Part shown: in pieces, positions 12,354-29,100 of the stretch
How positions within the stretch are numbered: position 1 is the stretch's first letter
Layout of the letters: the number at the start of each line of letters is the position of its first letter
Source of the DNA: the human T2T-CHM13v2.0 reference genome, Homo sapiens
Assembly: GCF_009914755.1 (NCBI RefSeq)
Contig: NC_060939.1
Direction: 5' to 3' (one strand)
Length of the DNA stretch: 64,000 bases
The notes under the pieces: model-generated
Seen by the model: the letters and a program-made list of their open reading frames with translations, nothing else
Told to the model about the DNA's origin: nothing
Databases searched by the model: none
Program-made: the position numbers and the translations under genes

Positions 12354-15300
12354 TTATGTCATATGCTTTATCTGTAATATATAACCTCATATATATTATA
12401 TGTCATAATACATAATATTTATCCTATGTCATATTATATATATTGTATATATTACATAACATATATAATGTGTAATACATATTATACAACCTATATATGA
12501 AAATATATAATTATACGTAACGTAACATATATTTATATATACTATGATATATAACATATATAGTATATCATATATGATGTATGATATACATATTTTTATT
12601 ACATATTATAATTTATATATATTATAATTTATAAAAGGATATAATTATTTATATAATATAAATAATTGTATATGATTATATAAGTATATATAATATAAAT
12701 AATAATATATATAATTACATGTTTATATAGTTATATGTATAATAATATGATTATATATATAATTATATATATCATATAATAGCATACATATTATATAATA
12801 TATAATATATATTATACAATATACGATAATAATATTTATGATAGTTAATATATCATAATATAATATATATTTTAATATTATGTATGTAACATATATTATG
12901 TGATATATAATATATATTATGTAATATAAAATAATGTAATATAATATATATTATATTATGATATATTATGTAAAGTATGTAATAAAATTATATATAACAT
13001 AATATATAGTTATGTACATTATATTACACATTTAAATATAATATTATACAGTTATATATAATTTTAAATTATATATAATTATTATATAAATGGTATGTAA
13101 TATATATCATAAAATATATATTGTATACCATATATATTATGTATCATATATTGTATGTTATATATCATATATTGTATATCATATATCATATAATCTATGT
13201 TATACATAACACATTCCACATATTGTATATTATAAATTATATATAATATATGACATACATTATATTATACATGATAGATTGTACATTATACGCAACATAG
13301 TATATATTATATGTAACATGTATATTCCATGTAAAATATATAATATATAACGTATATTACATATAATTAATGACATAGACATATAACATATATTTAATAT
13401 ATGTATTATACATACAAAGTATTATATATAATATATAACATATATTATATATATGTCATAAAATATAATATATATTATATGTCATATTTTATATATACAA
13501 TTATATATTATTATATGTTATTTTATAGTATATATAACATAGATATGATATATATATTATCTATAATGTATATAATCTATAACATAGATATAATATACAT
13601 AATATATATAATGTATACTATATATTTAATACGTACATTAAACATATAATATATTCTTTATATAATATAGAATATATATCATATATGTCATAAAATATAA
13701 TATATATTACATGTCATACTGTATAAATATAATACTTATATATTATCAATTATTATATTACCTATAATATATGTAGTATAAGATGCAGGATGTAAAACAA
13801 TATTATATATGTTATATATATTATATATATGATACTATACATTATTATATACATAATGTATATATATATATTTGTGGGTGCCCTGTTTCCCATCTCATAA
13901 CTTGTTTTAAGGAGCGCAGCATAATAATGTGTGGGCTTGGGATTCAGTTTTTGAAACAAAACACTAAGCCTTCAATGACCTTTCGGTCTATGTAAAGGCA
14001 CTCCTTTCTTCCTGGCAGCAGTTGGACCTCACAATGTGGATTGTGCCCTCACCCTGCAATGTTTATGCCCTATCGCCATGGTGACGGGATTAGGGATCTC
14101 CTGCTCTTGGTCCTAAGGGCCACTGTCTGTATTGTGTCTTTCAAAGGTCAGAACCGAGTGAACCTTTGTGGTTTTATTTTCCCTGAGTTTGATTTTTCTC
14201 ATGGGGAACCTGTGTTGCTGCTTCGAAGGTGTATTCATACTGGCCCTTCAAATGCCAACTCTTCAAATTACTAGTTAATGCTTTCAAAACATGTTATTTA
14301 AAAAATTATCCTCTGTATTTTCCATATGCAGTTATAAATATGTTTCATGGTTATGTTTTATTCGTCAGTTTATATATTTGATTATTGTACCAAGCAGAGT
14401 ACCTATGAAATTTTTTTTCATTCAAAAAATATGTATCTTGGCTCAGGCCTGTAATCCCAGCCAATTTGGAGGCCCAGGCAAGGGGATCACAAGGTGAAGA
14501 GATCAAGACCATCCTGGCCAACACAGTGAAACGCTGTCACTACTAAAAATCCAAAAAATTAGCTAGGCTTGGTGGCAGCTGGTGTAGTCCCAGTGTGGTG
14601 TAGTCCCAGCTACCTGGGAGGCTGATGGAGGACAATCGCTTGGACCCGTGAGCCAGATGTTGCAGTGAGCAAAGATGGCGCCATTGTACTCCGACCTGTG
14701 CAACAGGACAAGACACTGTCCAAAAAAAAATAAAATATCATATATATTATATGTTATGTCATATGCTTTATCTGTAATATATAACCTCATATATATTATA
14801 TGTCATAATACATAATATTTATCCTATGTCATATTATATATATTGTATATATTACATAACATATATAATATGTAATACATGTTATACAACCTATATATGA
14901 AAATATATAATTATACGTAACGTAACGTATAGTTATATATACTATGATATATAACATATATAGTATATCATATATGATATATGATCTACATATTTTTATT
15001 ACATATTATAATTTATATATATTATAATTTATAAAAGGATATAATTATTTATATAATATAAATAATTGTATATGATTATATAATTATATAGAATATAAAT
15101 AATAATATATATAATTACATGTTTATATAGTTATATGTATAATAATATGATTATATATATTATTATATATATCATATAATAGACAGCATACATATTATAT
15201 AATATATCATATATATTATACAATATACGTATAATATTTATGATAGTTAATATATCATAATATAATATATATTTTAATATTATGTATGTAACATATATTA

Positions 15301-16968
15301 TGTGATATATAATATATATTATGTAATATAAAATAATGTAATATAATATATATTATATTATGATATATTATGTAAAGTATGTAATAAAATTATATAAAAC
15401 ATAATATATAGTTATATACATTATATTACACAATTACATATAATATTATACAGTTATATATAATTTTAAATAGTTATATATAATTATAATATAAAACGTA
15501 TGTAATAAATATCATAAAATATATATTGTATACCATTTATATTATGTATCATATATTGTATGTTATATATCATATATTGTATATCATATATCATATAATC
15601 TATGTTATACATAACACATTCCACATATTGTATATTATAGATTACATATAATATATGACATACATTTTATTATATATGTTAGATTGTACATTATACGCAA
15701 CATAGTATATATTATATGTAACATGTATATTCCATGTAAAATATATAATATATAACGTATATTACATATAATTAGTGACATAGATATATAACATATATTT
15801 AATATATGTATTATACATACAAAGTATTATATATAATATATAACATATATTATATATATGTCATAAAATATAATATATATTATATGTCATATTTTATATA
15901 TACAATTATATATTATTATGTTATTTTGTAGTATATATAACATAGATATTATATATATATTATCTATAATGTATATAATCTATAACATAGATATAATATA
16001 CATAATATATATAATGTATACTATATATTTAATACGTACATTAAACATATAATATATTCTATATATAATATAGAATATATATTATATATGTCATAAAATA
16101 TAATATATATTACATGTCATACTGTATAAATATAATACTTATGTATTATCAATTATTATATTACCTATAATATATGTAGTATAAGATGCAGGATGTAAAA
16201 CAATATTATATATGTTATATATATTATATATATGATACTATACATTATTATATACATAATGTATATATATATATTTGTGGGTGCCCTGTTTCCCATCTCA
16301 TAACTTGTTTTAAGGAGCGCAGCATAATAATGTGTGGGCTTGGGATTCAGTTTTTGAAACAAAACACTAAGCCTTCAATGACCTTTCGGTCTATGTAAAG
16401 GCACTCCTGTCTTCCTGGCAGCAGTTGGACCTCACAATGTGGATTGTGCCCTCACCCTGCAATGTTTATGCCCTATCGCCATGGTGACGGGATTAGGGAT
16501 CTCCTGCTCTTGGTCCTAAGGGCCACTGTCTGTGCTGTGTTTTTCAAAGGTCAGAACAGAGTGAACCTTTGTGGTTTTATTTTCCCTGAGTTTGATTTTT
16601 CTCATGGGGAACCTGTGTTGCTGCTTCGAAAGTGTATTCATACTGGCCCTTCAAATCCCAACTCTTCAAATTACAAGTTAATGCTTTCAAAACATGTTAT
16701 TTAAAAAATTATCCTCTGTATTTTCCATATGCAGTTATAAATATGTTTTATGGTTATGTTTTATTCCTCACTTTATATATTTGATTATTGTACCAAGCAG
16801 AGTACCTATGAAATTTTTTTTCATTCAAAAAATATGTATCTTGGCTCAGGCCTGTAATCCCAGCCAATTTGGAGGCCAAGGCAAGGGGATCACAAGGTGA
16901 AGAGATCAAGACCATCCTTGCCAACACAGTGAAACGCTGTCACTACTAGAAATCCAAAAAATTAGCTA

Positions 16969-17205
<237 letters not shown>

Positions 17206-20200
17206 TCATAATACATAATATTTATCCTATGTCATATTATATATATTGTATATATTACATAACATATATAATATGTAATACATGTTATACAACCTATATA
17301 TGAAAATATATAATTATACGTAATGTACCATATAGTTATATATACTATGATATATAACATATATAGTATATCATATATGATATATGATATACATATTTTT
17401 ATTACATATTATAATATATATACATTATAATTTATAAAAGGATATAATTATTTATATAATATAAATAATTGTATATAATTATTTAATTATATGGAATATA
17501 AATAATAATATATATAATTACATGTTTATATAGTTATATGTATAATAATATGATTATATATATTATTATTATTATCATATAATAGACAGCATACATATTA
17601 TATAATATATATTATACAATATACGATAATAATATTTATGATAGTTAATATATCATAATATAATATATATTTTAATATTATGTATGTAACATATATTATG
17701 TGATATATAATATATATTATGTAATATAAAATAATGTAATATTATATATTATATTATGATATATTATGTAAAGTATGTAATAAAATTATATATAACATAA
17801 TATATAGTTATGTACATTATATTACACATTTACATATAATATTATACAGTTATATATAATTTTAAATAGTTATATATAATTATAATATAAAACGTATGTA
17901 ATATATATCATAAAATATATATTGTATACCATATATATTATGTATCATATATTGTATGTTATATATCATATATTGTATATCATATATCATATAATCTATG
18001 TTATACATATCACATTCCACATATTGTATATTATAAATTATATATAATATATGACATACATTATATTATATATGATAAATTGTACATTATACGCAACATA
18101 GTATATATTATATGTAACATGTATATTCCATGTAAAATATATAATATATAACGTATATTACATATAATTAATGACATAGACATATAACATATATTTAATA
18201 TATGTATTATACATACAAAGTATTATATATAATATATAACATATATTATATATATGTCATAAAATATAATATATATTATATGTCATATTTTATATATACA
18301 ATTATATATTATTATATGTTATTTTATAGTATACATAACATAGATATGATATATATATTATCTATAATGTATATAATCTATAACATAGATATAATATACA
18401 TAATATATATAATGTATACTATATATTTAATACGTACATTAAACATATAATATATTCTATATATAATATACAATATATATTATATATATCATAAAATATA
18501 ATATATATTACATGTCATACTGTATAAATATAATACTTATATATTATCAATTATTATATTACCTATAATATATGTAGTATAAGATGCAGGATGTAAAACA
18601 ATATTATATATCTTATATATATTATATATATGATACTATACATTATTATATACATAATGTATATATATATATTTGTGGGTGCCCTCTTTCCCATCTCATA
18701 ACTTGTTTTAAGGAACGCAGCATAATAATATGTGGGCTTGGGATTCAGTTTTTGAAACAAAACACTAAGCCTTCAATAACCTTTCGGTCTATGTAAAGGC
18801 ACTCCTGTCTTCCTGGCAGCAGTTGGACCTCACAATGTGGATTGTGCCCTCACCCTGCAATGTTTATGCCCTATCGCCATGGTGACGGGATTAGGGATCT
18901 CCTGCTCTTGGTCCTAAGGGCCACTATCTGTGCTGTGTTTTTCAAAGGTCAGCACAGAGTGAACCTTTGTGGTTTTATTTTCCCTGAGTTTGATTTTTCT
19001 CATGGGGAACCTGTGTTGCTGCTTTCAAGGTATATTCATACTGGCCTTTCAAATGCCAACTCTTCAAATTACTAGTTAATGCTTTCAAAGTATGTTATTT
19101 CAAAAATTATCCTCTGTATTTTCCAAATGCAGTTATAAATATGTTTCATGGTTATGTTTCATTCCTCAGTTTATATATTTGATTATTGTACCAAGCAGAG
19201 TACCTTTGAAATTTTTTTTCATCTAAAAAATATGTAAATTAGCTCAGGCCTGTAATCCCAGCAAATTTGGAGGCCAAGGCAAGGGGATCACAAGGTAAAG
19301 AGATCAAGACCATCCTGGCCAATACAGTGAAACGCTGTCACTACGAAAAATCCAACAAATTAGCTAGGCATTGTGGCAGCTGGTGTAGTAACAGTGTGGT
19401 GCAGTCCAAGCTACCTGGGAGGCTGAGGGAGGGCAATCGCTTGAACCCGTGAGGCAGACGTTGCAGTGAGCAAATTTGGTGCCATTGTACTCCACCCTGT
19501 GCAACAGGACAACACTCTGTCTAAAAAAAAATTATATATGATATATGTTATATGTTATGTAATATGCTTTATATGTAATATATAACCTCATATATATTAT
19601 ATGTCATAATATATAATATTTATCCTGTGTCATATTATATATATTATATATTTCATAACATATATAATATATAATACATATTATACATCTTATATATGAA
19701 AATATGTAATTAGAGATAAAATAACATATAGTTATATATAATATGATATATAACATATATACTATATCATATATGATATATAATATATATATTTTTTATT
19801 ACATATTATAATTCATATATATTATAATTTATACAATGATATAATTATTTATATAATATAAATAATTATACATAATTATATAAATATATATAATATAAAT
19901 AATAATATATAATTACATATTCATATCGTAATATATAATAATACATTTCATATGTAATTATATATATCATATAATAGACAACACACCTAATATATAATAT
20001 ATAATATATATTATACAATATAGGATACATAATATGTATGATATATTATATATCATAATATAATATATATTTTAACATTATGTATGTAACATGTAATATG
20101 TGATATATAAAATAAATTATGTAATATAAAATAATATAATATAATATATACTATATTAAGGTATACTATGTAAAGTATGTAATAAAATTATATGTAACAT

Positions 20201-23200
20201 AATATATAGTTATATATATTATATTATGTATTTACATAGAGTATTATACAGTTATATATAATTTTAAGTAGTTATATAAAATTTAATATAAAACAAATAT
20301 AATATATATCATAAAACATATATTGTATACCGTATATATTATGTATCATATATTGTATGTTATATATCATATATTGTATATCATATATCATATATTATAT
20401 GTTATATGTATCACATTCCACATTTTGTATATTATAAATTATATACAATATATGACATACATTATATTATATATAATAAATTATACATTATATGTAACAT
20501 AGTATATATTATATGTAACATGTATATTCTATGTAAAATATATAATATATAACATATATTACATATAATTAATAACATAGACATATAATATATATTTAAT
20601 ATATGTACTATATATACAACGTATTATACATATACTATATAATACATATTATATATATGGCATAAAATATAATATATATTATATGTCATATTTTATATAT
20701 ACAATTATATATTATTATATGTTATTTTATATTATATATAACATAGATACAATATATATATCTATAATGTATATTACATATAACATAGATATTATATATA
20801 ATATATATAATGTATATTATATATAACGTAGATATTATATATAATATATATGATGTATATTATATATTTAATATTTATATTAACCATATAATATATTCTA
20901 TATATGATATATAATATATATTATATATGTCATAAAATATAATATATATTATATGTCATTGTATAAATATAATACTTATATATTATCAATTATTATATTA
21001 CATTTAATATATACAATATAAGATGCAGGATGTGAAACAATATTATATATATGTTATATATATTATATATATGATACTATATATTATTGTATACATAATG
21101 TGTATATATATTTGTGGGTGCCCTATTTCCCATCTCATAACTTGTTTTAAGAAGCGCAGCATAATAATGTGTGGGCTTGGGATTCAGTTTTTGAAACAAA
21201 ACACTGAGCCTTCAATGACCTTTCGGTCTATGTAGAAGCGCTCCTGTCTTCGTGGCAGCAGTTGGACCTCACAATGTGGATTGTGCCGTCACCCTGCAAT
21301 GTTTATGCCCTATCGCCATGGTGACGGGATTAGGGATCTCCTGCTCTTGGTCCTAAAGGCCACTGTCTGTGCTGTGTTTTTCAAAGGTCAGCACAGAGTG
21401 AACCTTTGTGGTTTTATTTTCCCTGAGTTTGATTTTTCTCATGGGGAACCTGTGTTGCTGCTTTCAAGGTATATTCATACTGGCCTTTCAAATGCCAACT
21501 CTTCAAATTACTAGTTAATGCTTTCAAAGTATGTTATTTCAAAAATTATCCTCTATATTTTCCATATGCAGTTATAAATATGTTTCATGGTTATGTTTCA
21601 TTCCTCAGTTTATATATTTGATTATTGTACCAAGCAGAGTACCTTTGAAATTTTTTTTCATCTAAAAAATATGTATCTTAGCTCAGGCCTGTAATCCCAG
21701 CAAATTTGGAGTCCAAGGCAAGGGGATCACAAGGTAAAGAGATCAAGACCATCCTGGCCAATACAGTGAAACGCTGTCACTTCGAAAAATCCAAAAAATT
21801 AGCTAGGCATTGTGGCAGCTGGTGTAGTCCCAGTGTGGTGCAGTCCAAGCTACCTGGGAGGCTGAGGGAGGGCAATCGCTTCAACCCGTGAGGCAGACGT
21901 TGCAGTGAGCAAATTTGGTGCCATTGTACTCCACCCTGTGCAACAGGACAACACTCTGTCTAAGAAAAAATTATATATGATATATGTTATATGTTATGTA
22001 ATATGCTTTATATGTAATATATAACCTCATAGATATTATATGTCATAATATATAATATTTATCCTGTGTCATATTATATATATTATATATTTCATCACAT
22101 ATATAATATATAATACATATTATACATCTTATATATGAAAATATGTAATTAGAGATAAAATAACATATAGTTATATATAATATGATATATAACATATATA
22201 CTATATCATATATGATATATAATATATATATTTTTTATTACATATTATAATTCATATATATTATAATTTATATAATGATATAATTATTTATATAATATAA
22301 ATAATTGTACATAATTATATAATTATATATAATATAAATAATATTATATAATTACATATTCATATCGTTATATATAATAATACATTTCATATGTAATTAT
22401 ATATATCATATAATAGACAACACACCTATTATATAATATATAATATATATTATACAATATAGGATACATAATATGTATGATATATAATATATCATAATAT
22501 AATATATATTTTAACATTATGTATGTAACATGTAATATGTGATATATAAAATAAATTATGTAATATAAAATAATATAATATAATATATACTATATTAAGG
22601 TATATTATGTAAAGTATGTAATAAAATTATATGTAACATAATATATAGTTATATATATTATATTATGTATTTACATAGAGTATTATACAGTTATATATAA
22701 TTTTAAATAGTTATATAAAATTTAATATAAAACAAATATAATATATATCATAAAACATATATTGTATACCATATATATTATGTATCATATATTGTATGTT
22801 ATATATCATATATTGTATATCATATATCATATATTATATGTTATATGTATCACATTCCACATTTTGTATATTATAAATTATATACAATATATGACATACA
22901 TTATATTATATATAATCAATTATACATTATATGTAACATAGTATATATTATATGTAACATGTATATTCTATGTAAAATATATAATATATAACATATATTA
23001 CATATAATTAATAAGATAGACATATAATATACATTTAATATATGTACTATATATACAACGTATTATACATATACTATATAATACATATTATATATATGGC
23101 ATAAAATATAATATATATTATACGTCATATTTTATATATACAATTATATATTATTATATGTTATTTTATATTATATATAACATACATATAATATATATAT

Positions 23201-26132
23201 CTATAATGTATATTACATATAACATAGATATTATATATAATATATATAATGTATATTATATATAACGTAGATATTATATATAATATATATAATGTATATT
23301 ATATATTTAATACGTATATTAACCATATAATATATTCTATATATGATATATAATATATATTATATATGTCATAAAATATAATATATATTATATGTCATTG
23401 TATAAATATAATACTTATATATTATCAATTATTATATTACATTTAATATATACAATATAAGATGCAGGATGTGAAACAATATTATATATATGTTATATAT
23501 ATTATATATATGATACTATATATTATTGTATACATAATGTGTATATATATTTGTGGGAGCCCTATTTCCCATCTCATAACTTGTTTTAAGAAGCGCAGCA
23601 TAATAATGTGTGGGCTTGGGATTCAGTTTTTGAAACAAAACACTGAGCCTTCAATGACCTTTCGGTCTATGTAGAAGCGCTCCTGTCTTCGTGGCAGCAG
23701 TTGGACCTCACAATGTGGATTGTGCCGTCACCCTGCAATGTTTATGCCCTATCGCCATGGTGACGGGATTAGGGATCTCCTGCTCTTGGTCCTAAAGGCC
23801 ACTGTCTGTGCTGTGTTTTTCAAAGGTCAGCACAGAGTGAACCTTTGTGGTTTTATTTTCCCTGAGTTTGATTTTTCTCATGGGGAACCTGTGGTGCTGC
23901 TTTGAAGGTATATTCATACTGGCCTTTCAAATGCCAACTCTTCAAATTACTAGTTAATGCTTTCAAAGTATGTTATTTCAAAAATTACCTTCCGTATTTT
24001 CCATATGCAGTTATAAATATGTTTCATGGTTATGTTTCATTCCTCAGTTTATATATTTGATTATTGTACCAAGCAGAGTACCTTTGAAATTTTTTTTCAT
24101 CTAAAAAATATGTAAATTAGCTCAGGCCTGTAATCCCAGCAAATTTGGAGGCCAAGGCAAGGGGATCACAAGGTAAAGAGATCAAGACCATCCTGGCCAA
24201 TACAGTGAAATGCTGTCACTACTAAAAATCCAAAAAATTAGCTAGGCATTGTGGCAGCTGGTGTAGCCCAGTGTGGTGTAGTCCAAGCTACCTGGGAGGC
24301 TGAGGGAGGGCAATCGCTTGAACCCGTGAGGCAGATGTTGCAGTGAGCAAATTTGGTGACATTGTACTCCACCCTGTGCAACAGGACAACACTCTGTCTA
24401 AAAAAAATTATATATGATATATGTTATATGTTATGTAATATGCTTTATATGTAATATATAACCTCATATATATTATATGTCATAATATATAATAGTTATC
24501 CTGTGTCATATTATATATATTATATATTTCATCACATATATAATATATAATACATATTATACATCTTATATATGAAAATATGTAATTAGAGATAAAATAA
24601 CATATAGTTATATATAATATGATATATAACATATATACTATATCATATATGATATATAATATATAATTTTTTATAACATATTATAATTCATATATATTAT
24701 AATTTATATAATGATATAATTATTTATATAATATAAATAATTATACATAATTATATAATTATATATAATATAAATAATAATATATATAATTACATATTCA
24801 TATCGTTATATATAATAATACATTTCATATGTAATTATATATATCATATAATAGACAACACACCTAATATATAATATATAATATATATTATACAATATAG
24901 GATACATAATATGTATGATATATAAGATATCATAATATAATATATATTTTAACATTATGTATGTAACATGTAATATGTGATATATAAAATAAATTATGTA
25001 ATATAAAATAATATAATATAATATATACTATATTAAGGTATATTATGTAAAGTATGTAATAAAATTATAAGTAACATAATATATAGTTATATATATTATC
25101 TTATGTATTTACATAGAGTATTATACAGTTATATATAATTTTAAATTGTTATATATAATTTAATATAAAACAAATATAATATACATCATAAAATATATAT
25201 TGTATACCATATATATATTATGTATCATATATTGTATGTTATATATCATATATTGTATATCATATATCATATATTATATGTTATATGTATCACATTCCAC
25301 ATTTTGTATATTATAAATTATATACAATATATGACATATATTATATTATATATAATAAATTATACATTATATGTAACATAGTATATATTATATGTAACAT
25401 GTATATTCTATGTAAAATATATAATATATAACATATTACATATAATTAATAACATAGACATATAATATATATTTAATATATGTACTATATATACAACGTA
25501 TTATAGATATACTATATAATATATATTATATACATGGCATAAAATATAATATATATTATATGTCATATTTTATATATACAATTATATATTATTATATGTT
25601 ATTTTATGTTATCTATAACATAGATATAATATATATACCTATAATGTATATTACATATAACGTAGATATTATATATAATACATATAATGTATATTATATA
25701 TAATCTAGATATTATATATTTAATACGTATATTAACCATATAATGTATTCTATATATGATATATAATTTATATTATATATGTCATAAAATATAATATATA
25801 TTATATGTCATTGTATAAATATAATACTTATATATTATCAATTATTATATTACATTTAATATATATAATATAAGATGCAGGATGTGAAACAATATTATAT
25901 ATATGTTATATATATTATATATATGATACTATATATTATTGTATACATAATGTGTATATATATTTGTGGGTGCCCTATTTCCCATCTCATAACTTGTTTT
26001 AAGAAGCGCAGCATAATAATGTGTGGGCTTGGGATTCAGTTTTTGAAACAAAACACTGAGCCTTCAATGACCTTTCGGTCTATGTAGAAGCGCTCCTGTC
26101 TTCGTGGCAGCAGTTGGACCTCACAATGTGGA

Positions 26133-29100
26133 TTGTGCCGTCACCCTGCAATGTTTATGCCCTATCGCCATGGTGACGGGATTAGGGATCTCCTGCTCTT
26201 GGTCCTAAAGGCCACTGCCTGTGCTGTGTTTTTCAAAGGTCAGCACAGAGTGAACCTTTGTGGTTTTATTTTCCCTGAGTTTGATTTTTCTCATGGGGAA
26301 CCTGTGTTGCTGCTTTCAAGGTATATTCATACTGGCCTTTCAAATGCCAACTCTTCAAATTACTAGTTAATGCTTTCAAAGTATGTTATTTCAAAAATTA
26401 TCCTCCGTATTTTCCATATGCAGTTATAAATATGTTTCATGGTTATGTTTCATTCCTCAGTTTATATATTTGATTATTGTACCAAGCAGAGTACCTTTGA
26501 AATTTTTTTTCATCTAAAAAATATGTAAATTAGCTCAGGCCTGTAATCCCAGCAAATTTGGAGGCCAAGGCAAGGGGATCACAAGGTAAAGAGATCAAGA
26601 CCATCCTGGCCAATACAGTGAAACGCTGTCACTACGAAAAACCCAAAAAATTAGCTAGGCATTGTGGCAGCTGGTGTAGTCCCAGTGTGGTGTAGTCCAA
26701 GCTACCTGGGAGGCTGAGGGAGGGCAATCGCTTGAACCCGTGAGGCAGATGTTGCAGTGAGCAAATTTGGTGCCATTGTACTCCACCGTGTGCAACAGGA
26801 CAACACTCTGTCTAAAAAAAAATTATATATGATATGTGTTATATGTTATGTAATATGCTTTATATGTAATATATAACCTCATATATATTATATGTCATAA
26901 TATATAATAGTTATCCTGTGTCATATTATATATATTATATATTTCATAACTTATATAATATATAATACATATTATACATCTTATATATGAAAATATGTAA
27001 TTAGAGATAAAATAACATATAGTTATATATAATATGATATATAACATATATACTATATCATATATGATATATAATATATAATTTTTTATTACATATTATA
27101 ATTCATATATATTATAATTTATATAATGATATAATTATTTATATAATATAAATAATTATACATAATTATATAATTATATATAATATAAATAATAATATAT
27201 ATAATTACATATTCATATCGTTATATATAATAATACATTTCATATGTAATTATATATATCATATAATAGACAACACACCTAATATATAATATATAATATA
27301 TATTATACAATATAGGATACATAATATGTATGATATATAAGATATCATAATATAATATATATTTTAACATTATGTATGTAACATGTAATATGTGATATAT
27401 AAAATAAATTATGTAATATAAAATAATATAAGATAATATATACTATATTAAGGTATATTATGTAAAGTACGTAATAAAATTATAAGTAACATAATATATA
27501 GTTATATATATTATCTTTTGTATTTACATAGAGTATTATACAGTTATATATAATTTTAAATTGTTATATATAATTTAATATAAACAAATATACATCATAA
27601 AATATATATTGTATACCATATATATATTATGTATCATATATTGTATGTTATATATCATATATTGTATATCATATATCATATATTATATGTTATATGTATC
27701 ACATTCCACACTTTGTATATTTTAAATTATATACAATATATGACATACATTATATTATATATAATAAATTATACATTATATGTAACATAGTATATATTAT
27801 ATGTAACATGTATATTCTATGTAAAATATATAATATATAACATATATTACATATAATTAATAACATAGACATATAATATATATTTAATATATGTACTATA
27901 TATACAACGTATTATAGATATACTATATAATATATATTATATATATGGCATAAAATATAATATATATTATATGTCATATTTTATATATACAATTATATAT
28001 TATTATATGTTATTTTATATTATATATAACATAGATATAATATATATATCTATAATGTATATTACATATAACATAGATATTATATATAATACATATAATG
28101 TATATTATATATAACGTAGATATTATATATAATATATATAATGTATATTATATATTTAATACGTATATTAACCATATAATATATTCTATATATGATATAT
28201 AATATATATTATATATGTCATAAAATATAATATATATTATATGTCATTGTATAAATATAATACTTATATATTATCAATTATTTTATTACATTTAATATAT
28301 ATAATATAAGATGCAGGATGTGAAACAATATTATATATATGTTATTTATATTATATATATGATACTATATATTATTGTATACATAATGTGTATATATATT
28401 TGTGGGTGCCCTATTTCCCATCTCATAACTTGTTTTAAGAAGCGCAGCATAATAATGTGTGGGCTTGGGATTCAGTTTTTGAAACAAAACACTGAGCCTT
28501 CAATGACCTTTCGGTCTATGTAGAAGCGCTCCTGTCTTCGTGGCAGCAGTTGGACCTCACAATGTGGATTGTGCCGTCACCCTGCAATGTTTATGCCCTA
28601 TCGCCATGGTGACGGGATTAGGGATCTCCTGCTCTTGGTCCTAAAGGCCACTGTCTGTGCTGTGTTTTTCAAAGGTCAGCACAGAGTGAACCTTTGTGGT
28701 TTTATTTTCCCTGAGTTTGATTTTTCTCATGGGGAACCTGTGGTGCTGCTTTGAAGGTATATTCATACTGGCCTTTCAAATGCCAACTCTTCAAATTACT
28801 AGTTAATGCTTTCAAAGTATGTTATTTCAAAAATTATCCTCTGTATTTTCCATATGCAGTTATAAATATGTTTCATGGTTATGTTTCATTCCTCAGTTTA
28901 TATATTTGATTATTGTACCAAGCAGAGTACCTTTGAAATTTTTTTTCATCTAAAAAATATGTAAATTAGCTCAGGCCTGTAATCCCAGCAAATTTGGAGG
29001 CCAAGGCAAGGGGATCACAAGGTAAAGAGATCAAGACCATCCTGGCCAATACAGTGAAACGCTGTCACTACGAAAAATCCAAAAAATTAGCTAGGCATTG

